A stretch of DNA of 20,000 nucleotides from an uncultured virus (IMG/VR IMGVR_UViG_3300046050_000015) (taxonomy: Duplodnaviria > Heunggongvirae > Uroviricota > Caudoviricetes), in the IMG/VR virus record IMGVR_UViG_3300046050_000015; one strand, given 5' to 3'. Under the pieces are notes generated by a model, which did not search any database, was not told the DNA's origin, and worked only from the letters and a program-made list of their open reading frames with translations. A program made the position numbers and the translations under genes. Shown in pieces: positions 17,301 to 20,000 of this stretch; position 1 is the first letter of the stretch; every line of letters begins with the position of its first letter.

Positions 17301-18416
17301 GACGACGATGGGGAAGATACCCTTACTCGCATTGTGCTTTCCTCTCTTAGCCCATCTGAAAGCCGTGACTACACGAACACGCGTAACCGCACCAGTACCA
17401 CGGACCCCGGAGAAGACCAACTGTACACCATCATGAGGGCACTGTCCTCACTTTCTGACCCAACCGATGAGCGAGGCCTCACAACTATCCGTGACCGCGG
17501 GTCCCAAGCCACAGGTTCGGATGTCCGAGACCTCACAACTATCCGCGAACTTGAATCCCAAACCGCACCAACTAACGAACAACACTTCTCTGTTATCCGA
17601 GACCACAAATCAGAATTTATCTCTAGTGATAAGGTGGACCTATCCATCATTCGTGCTCGTACCAGCGCCAACGTGACCGCTGACGACGATGAGGAAGACA
17701 CAATCTCCCGCACCACCACTTCTGATGTTTCACCTATTACAGACCAGGAATGGGCAGCGGTTCGTGACGTGGCATCTGACCTCGTTGCTGACAACAGTCG
17801 CATCTTCACAACGCTACGCACCGAAATCTCCACCCTTGACCCGGACGACGAACGAGCCCTCGTCCTCTTCAAAGACCTGCTCTCCACGTTCACGCAAACC
17901 GACGACATGGAAAAATACACCATTATGCGTGACCGCCTATCCCAAGGTGACGCTTCGGTCCTGCGTGAACTCAACCTCATCCATGAGCATTCCTCTGAGT
18001 TACAGCCCGAGTTCGAGCGTCTACTAGACCTTATTCGCTCCCGGACCAGCGCCTCAACTACTGAAGACGATGAGAAAATCCCGACCGAGATTCGAACGCG
18101 AGAATCCAGCGTCGAACCGGTTGAGCGTCGAGAATTCACTGCCCTACGCGACCTCGAATCTGAAGCCGGCCTAACCGACGAACGTGCCATTACCATCATT
18201 CAGGAGTTCTTCTCCGACTTCACAGGTGAAGGTGGTGGAGACATTACCCAACGCACCCTGGACCAGGAGCAGTTCCAACGCCACAAAGAAGACCTCCTTC
18301 ACTACTTCATGATGTGGGCCAGCCGTAAATACGGTCCACACATTCAACTCATCATGGACTCAGCTAAGCGTGCGACCCGCAATCTTGACGATGACGATGA
18401 TGTTTTCGAGGGTTAG
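14370..18416 (+). CDS. Large repeat-containing virion protein with CBM-like and LamG domains
   Basis: 1348 aa; NSSFEDW...YWDDVSV is CBM4/9-like; TVSAWVK...KWHHIAAVFDNGETKLYVDG...DDFRVYNRALSQEEI is LamG; 18-aa repeats on both sides. Confidence 0.8.
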   Translation: MTEEITLPEAKIGTNSGDSVGRSFHNNDEIISSDSRASFTIIRDASSQPEWPTTLSSVSLDQDTLIRDHSEHANFPSAASSSDSRNYTSVRDKESDSSPSASKIQTHIREEVSQGTTLEERRFTTTRDFEVEIVPDDQDGTLSPAEADGLRLTYQFDNENYVPENLRNSSFEDWTNGEPDNWVLDNNIDSTEVSEETTNVHDGGSAIKVDFSGDEKEYDGVSQQPLSNTGDISGRRIYVDVWTRTGGGTATPRLWVGTRKSGSWTNQVDVTGTQGGTTYEKLSGWFTVPQGHSDILVELRNKGNRDSTEVLYWDDVSVVETFIDDSTTDNWAVPINDYTKTPNGKVGSTADNNQGYAAIHDFYEEPQSSLTVSAWVKGTDDNAFIASYDRSEYWRFSVGSGTTGGHFSFNYTVTSESGQTVHDRGSGVPINDDKWHHIAAVFDNGETKLYVDGNLEATFTDDYSQLGDAGSTRYGFLGDGSEASSFDGRRNDAGKNTYLVDDFRVYNRALSQEEIQNVLEHPYHRDRKLTPIRDGVLSFSPQAEAVEYANIRQRISATTSEDGEDRTNVRTQDSSLSPRQERDVTTVHDRSSDFNVTDERDYTTLRDKQTRLYTSATFIHTTIRDNSSSLFPLDERDLTEVRDQSSTLTQSNERNLSAIRDKNSTLAPIDGRDLTALRTKFSQVTQADSRTFATIHTEASDLTTGNSRDVVLISSEGTNLSPTDNQMKSILRPKGSHATTADSEDRSTIHRTTSSVASPNPNKDLSTIRSETSDLGFSDFHIFTTVRKLTSTAQPIEERDFSFIRDLVSSTGPVAEQDLATVREKLSEVVPTDERDFTTIREIISTLSTIDAVIHTLTHRKESHTTPVDDDDNVPIIRMETSKVSQADARDVTEVRRKPSELSPADLRDWTTLHISESLAQPADERELSALRPERSRSSTGENLFTTVLRDRASETSIETAFIKTLVRDRGTAFELKDDDGEDTLTRIVLSSLSPSESRDYTNTRNRTSTTDPGEDQLYTIMRALSSLSDPTDERGLTTIRDRGSQATGSDVRDLTTIRELESQTAPTNEQHFSVIRDHKSEFISSDKVDLSIIRARTSANVTADDDEEDTISRTTTSDVSPITDQEWAAVRDVASDLVADNSRIFTTLRTEISTLDPDDERALVLFKDLLSTFTQTDDMEKYTIMRDRLSQGDASVLRELNLIHEHSSELQPEFERLLDLIRSRTSASTTEDDEKIPTEIRTRESSVEPVERREFTALRDLESEAGLTDERAITIIQEFFSDFTGEGGGDITQRTLDQEQFQRHKEDLLHYFMMWASRKYGPHIQLIMDSAKRATRNLDDDDDVFEG
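15966..18200 (+). repeat. About 41 tandem 18(19)-aa protein repeats, consensus RDxxSxLxPxDERDLTTI
   Basis: Manual parse, e.g. RDNSSSLFPLDERDLTEV / RDQSSTLTQSNERNLSAI / RDKNSTLAPIDGRDLTAL; strongly diverged at the DNA level. Confidence 0.9.
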
Positions 18417-18422
18417 TATCGC

Positions 18423-18439
18423 ACCAAGCATTTTAAGTA
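18423..18439 (+). promoter_or_regulatory. Promoter
   Basis: ACCAAGCATTTTAAGTA; TATA begins 34 nt before ATG 18465. Confidence 0.65.
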
Positions 18440-18464
18440 CCTCACCCAGAGAATTAGGACTAAC

Positions 18465-18578
18465 ATGTCGCGTTTCACCGTGACCGACGAGGACGACAAC
18501 CTTAAAACTGAGGTTGAGAAGCACAACGAGGACGGTCGTCCCTCCGTCGAAATCCGGAAGGAGGCAAATAACCAATGA
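18465..18578 (+). CDS. Small acidic protein (37 aa)
   Basis: MSRFTVTDEDDNLKTEVEKHNEDGRPSVEIRKEANNQ; promoter upstream; ATGA overlap downstream. Confidence 0.6.
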   Translation: MSRFTVTDEDDNLKTEVEKHNEDGRPSVEIRKEANNQ

Positions 18579-18877
18579 CAATCGAAGTTCCGATTGGAGC
18601 AGACGAGGGTGGGTTTGCGGTTCACGCTCACTTCGATGAAGATGCCCAACAGGCCGTACCTGCCAAGGCGTTCAAAGTTCACCCCAACGGTACCCAAGAG
18701 TTCTGGGAGTTTACCAATGGGGAAATTGTACGCCATACGATTTACAGCGACCAGCAAGCCAAGCTCCGTGAGAAGTACTACGATGGTGTGACGTTCGCTG
18801 AGCTGGGTATGGAAGAGGAGCAGGAACTCCTCGAAGAGCAACTCGAACAAAACACACAAGCATACCTAGGTGATTAA
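18575..18877 (+). CDS. Hypothetical acidic protein (100 aa)
   Basis: GGAGG SD; acidic composition; ends in CTAGGTGA, the SD for the next gene. Confidence 0.7.
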   Translation: MTIEVPIGADEGGFAVHAHFDEDAQQAVPAKAFKVHPNGTQEFWEFTNGEIVRHTIYSDQQAKLREKYYDGVTFAELGMEEEQELLEEQLEQNTQAYLGD

Positions 18878-18879
18878 TT

Positions 18880-20000
18880 ATGGTAGTTCTACGAAACGGG
18901 AAAGCCTCCCTTGCCCAACTTCTGGTCCGAGACTTCGGGCTAGGCGAACCTTACGAGAAGAATAGTTTCGATGTTCCTGATACGGGATTCAACGGCCCCA
19001 GTGGTGGAGACACTGACCCGAACGCCACCAACGATTTTTCCGTCAATTCCATCATCGCCACCATTTACTACAACTCGAATCACGCCGATGGCAACGTCGA
19101 CGGCCGATATAACGCCATGACTATCGGTACCGGTACGACGGGTGCCTCCGACACCGATACCGGGCTAGAGAACGAGATTACCAGTGGTGGTGGGGGTCGT
19201 CGAGCCGACAGTAACGTGAAGACATACCTCACCGACGACACGGCTAACGACGCCTGGAAAGCAAACTGGGAAACCACTTGGTCGTTCTCTAGTGACTTCA
19301 GTGTTTCCGAGTTCGGTGTCCACAACAAGGCCGGCGCCAATGAAGGCCTGTGCCTCATGCGCCAAGTTCTCGCTGAACCACTAGAGATTAAGAGTGGCGA
19401 CAAGCTTAACGCTGTCCTCACCCTCAAGGTTACCGGGACGGACAGCACCGCGGCTGCTCCCGCCAACCAGAACGTCGTCACGCATGACGGGCTCCGCGAG
19501 ATTGCTCGCCTATCCATGCACCCCAACACGGACCGACGTGGAGAAGATGACACCGCTGGTGATTGGAGAACAAGTTACAGTATCAACGGTACGTCCAGTC
19601 GCCGACCCCGTCCCTTCGACACTATCGCCATCGGAGACAACGCGACAACTAGCACCAACGATACCCAACTCGACATTACTGACAGCACACTTACGAGTGA
19701 ACTCACCGCGAACGGTGGCGCCCGACAATACGGTGACACGGACCTCACGGCGAATGGTGGGTCTTATGTCCGCGGCTCCATGATGCAGGACCCTGGCGAC
19801 GAACCATGGGACGGTACCAATTCTGGTGGGTCTGGCGGTGGTGGAGAGGCCTTCAACACGACCACGAGCAACAACTTCAGCGGAGACACCGTGCAATGGG
19901 TGACCAAGTTCACCTTCAGCGGCACCGTTGACGTGGCTGAGCAAGGTGTCCTGGGGCACCGGATGAATCGCTGTCGTTCAGGTCAGTGCCATTCAGGACA
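18880..20000 (+). CDS. Second tandem DUF3751-like virion protein (paralogue of 13570-14373), runs off the window
   Basis: Not in the ORF track. Manual translation MVVLRNGKASLAQLL...AMTIGTGTTGASDTDTGLENE...VSEFGVHN...LMRQVLAEPLEIKSGDKLNAVL...VVTHDGLREIARL...PFDTIAIGD...DSTLTSE...VAEQGV is open to the window end. Confidence 0.85.
   Translation, partial: MVVLRNGKASLAQLLVRDFGLGEPYEKNSFDVPDTGFNGPSGGDTDPNATNDFSVNSIIATIYYNSNHADGNVDGRYNAMTIGTGTTGASDTDTGLENEITSGGGGRRADSNVKTYLTDDTANDAWKANWETTWSFSSDFSVSEFGVHNKAGANEGLCLMRQVLAEPLEIKSGDKLNAVLTLKVTGTDSTAAAPANQNVVTHDGLREIARLSMHPNTDRRGEDDTAGDWRTSYSINGTSSRRPRPFDTIAIGDNATTSTNDTQLDITDSTLTSELTANGGARQYGDTDLTANGGSYVRGSMMQDPGDEPWDGTNSGGSGGGGEAFNTTTSNNFSGDTVQWVTKFTFSGTVDVAEQGVLGHRMNRCRSGQCHSG

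Larger units (their letters stand above)
1..20000. mobile_element. Haloarchaeal virus or provirus genome segment (HK97-fold, Caudoviricetes-like): replication block plus morphogenesis block
   Basis: Portal-protease-cement-capsid gene order; D/E-rich proteins; archaeal TATA/BRE promoters; no cellular housekeeping genes seen. Confidence 0.92.

Noticed and set aside
17369..18199. 276-aa minus-strand ORF
   Set aside because: Antisense of the repeat region; the Ser/Arg periodicity simply mirrors the repeats
15966..18200. CRISPR array or DGR template/variable repeats
   Set aside because: The repeats are conserved only at protein level within an open frame; no identical DNA repeats, no adenine-specific variant pair and no reverse transcriptase seen
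14370..18416. Classical tape-measure protein
   Set aside because: Composition is S/T/D/R-rich and beta-like with lectin domains, not Ala/Gly-rich helical; no upstream chaperone frameshift pair recognised
19699..19761. Short duplication ELTANGG / DLTANGG
   Set aside because: A two-copy 7-aa duplication in a probable loop; no evidence of a separate function
19951..20000. Possible frameshift: in-frame HRMNRCRSGQCHSG looks atypical, and an alternative frame reads APDESLSFRSV
   Set aside because: Only about 50 nt remain and the frame stays open; cannot be decided without downstream sequence

Overview
The window looks like part of a tailed-virus-type (HK97-fold) genome infecting a halophilic archaeon. 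The proteins are strongly acidic, many genes have archaeal BRE/TATA promoters about 31-36 nt before leaderless starts, and GGTGA Shine-Dalgarno sites and ATGA/TGATG gene overlaps recur. Bases 1-2000 are a minus-strand replication/nucleotide-metabolism block: a truncated SF1 UvrD-like helicase, a MazG-like pyrophosphatase, a stand-alone PriL-C-terminal-like domain and small ORFs. A divergent promoter at about 2020-2060 starts a plus-strand morphogenesis block: small Zn-finger and membrane genes, a DUF1073-like portal, a protease-scaffold, a cement protein and an encapsulin/DUF2184-like major capsid protein. An inverted sulfotransferase gene with its own promoter follows. After it comes an unusual appendage module, with no recognisable tail tube, sheath, helical tape measure or terminase in the window. 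That module contains two paralogous proteins with tandem tail-collar (DUF3751-like) domains, a protein with LamG plus three tandem fibre-tip-like domains, and a 1348-aa protein. The 1348-aa protein carries about 41 18-aa repeats with a 6-7-unit super-period and a CBM nested inside a LamG domain. All family calls come from motif recognition by eye; no searches were run.
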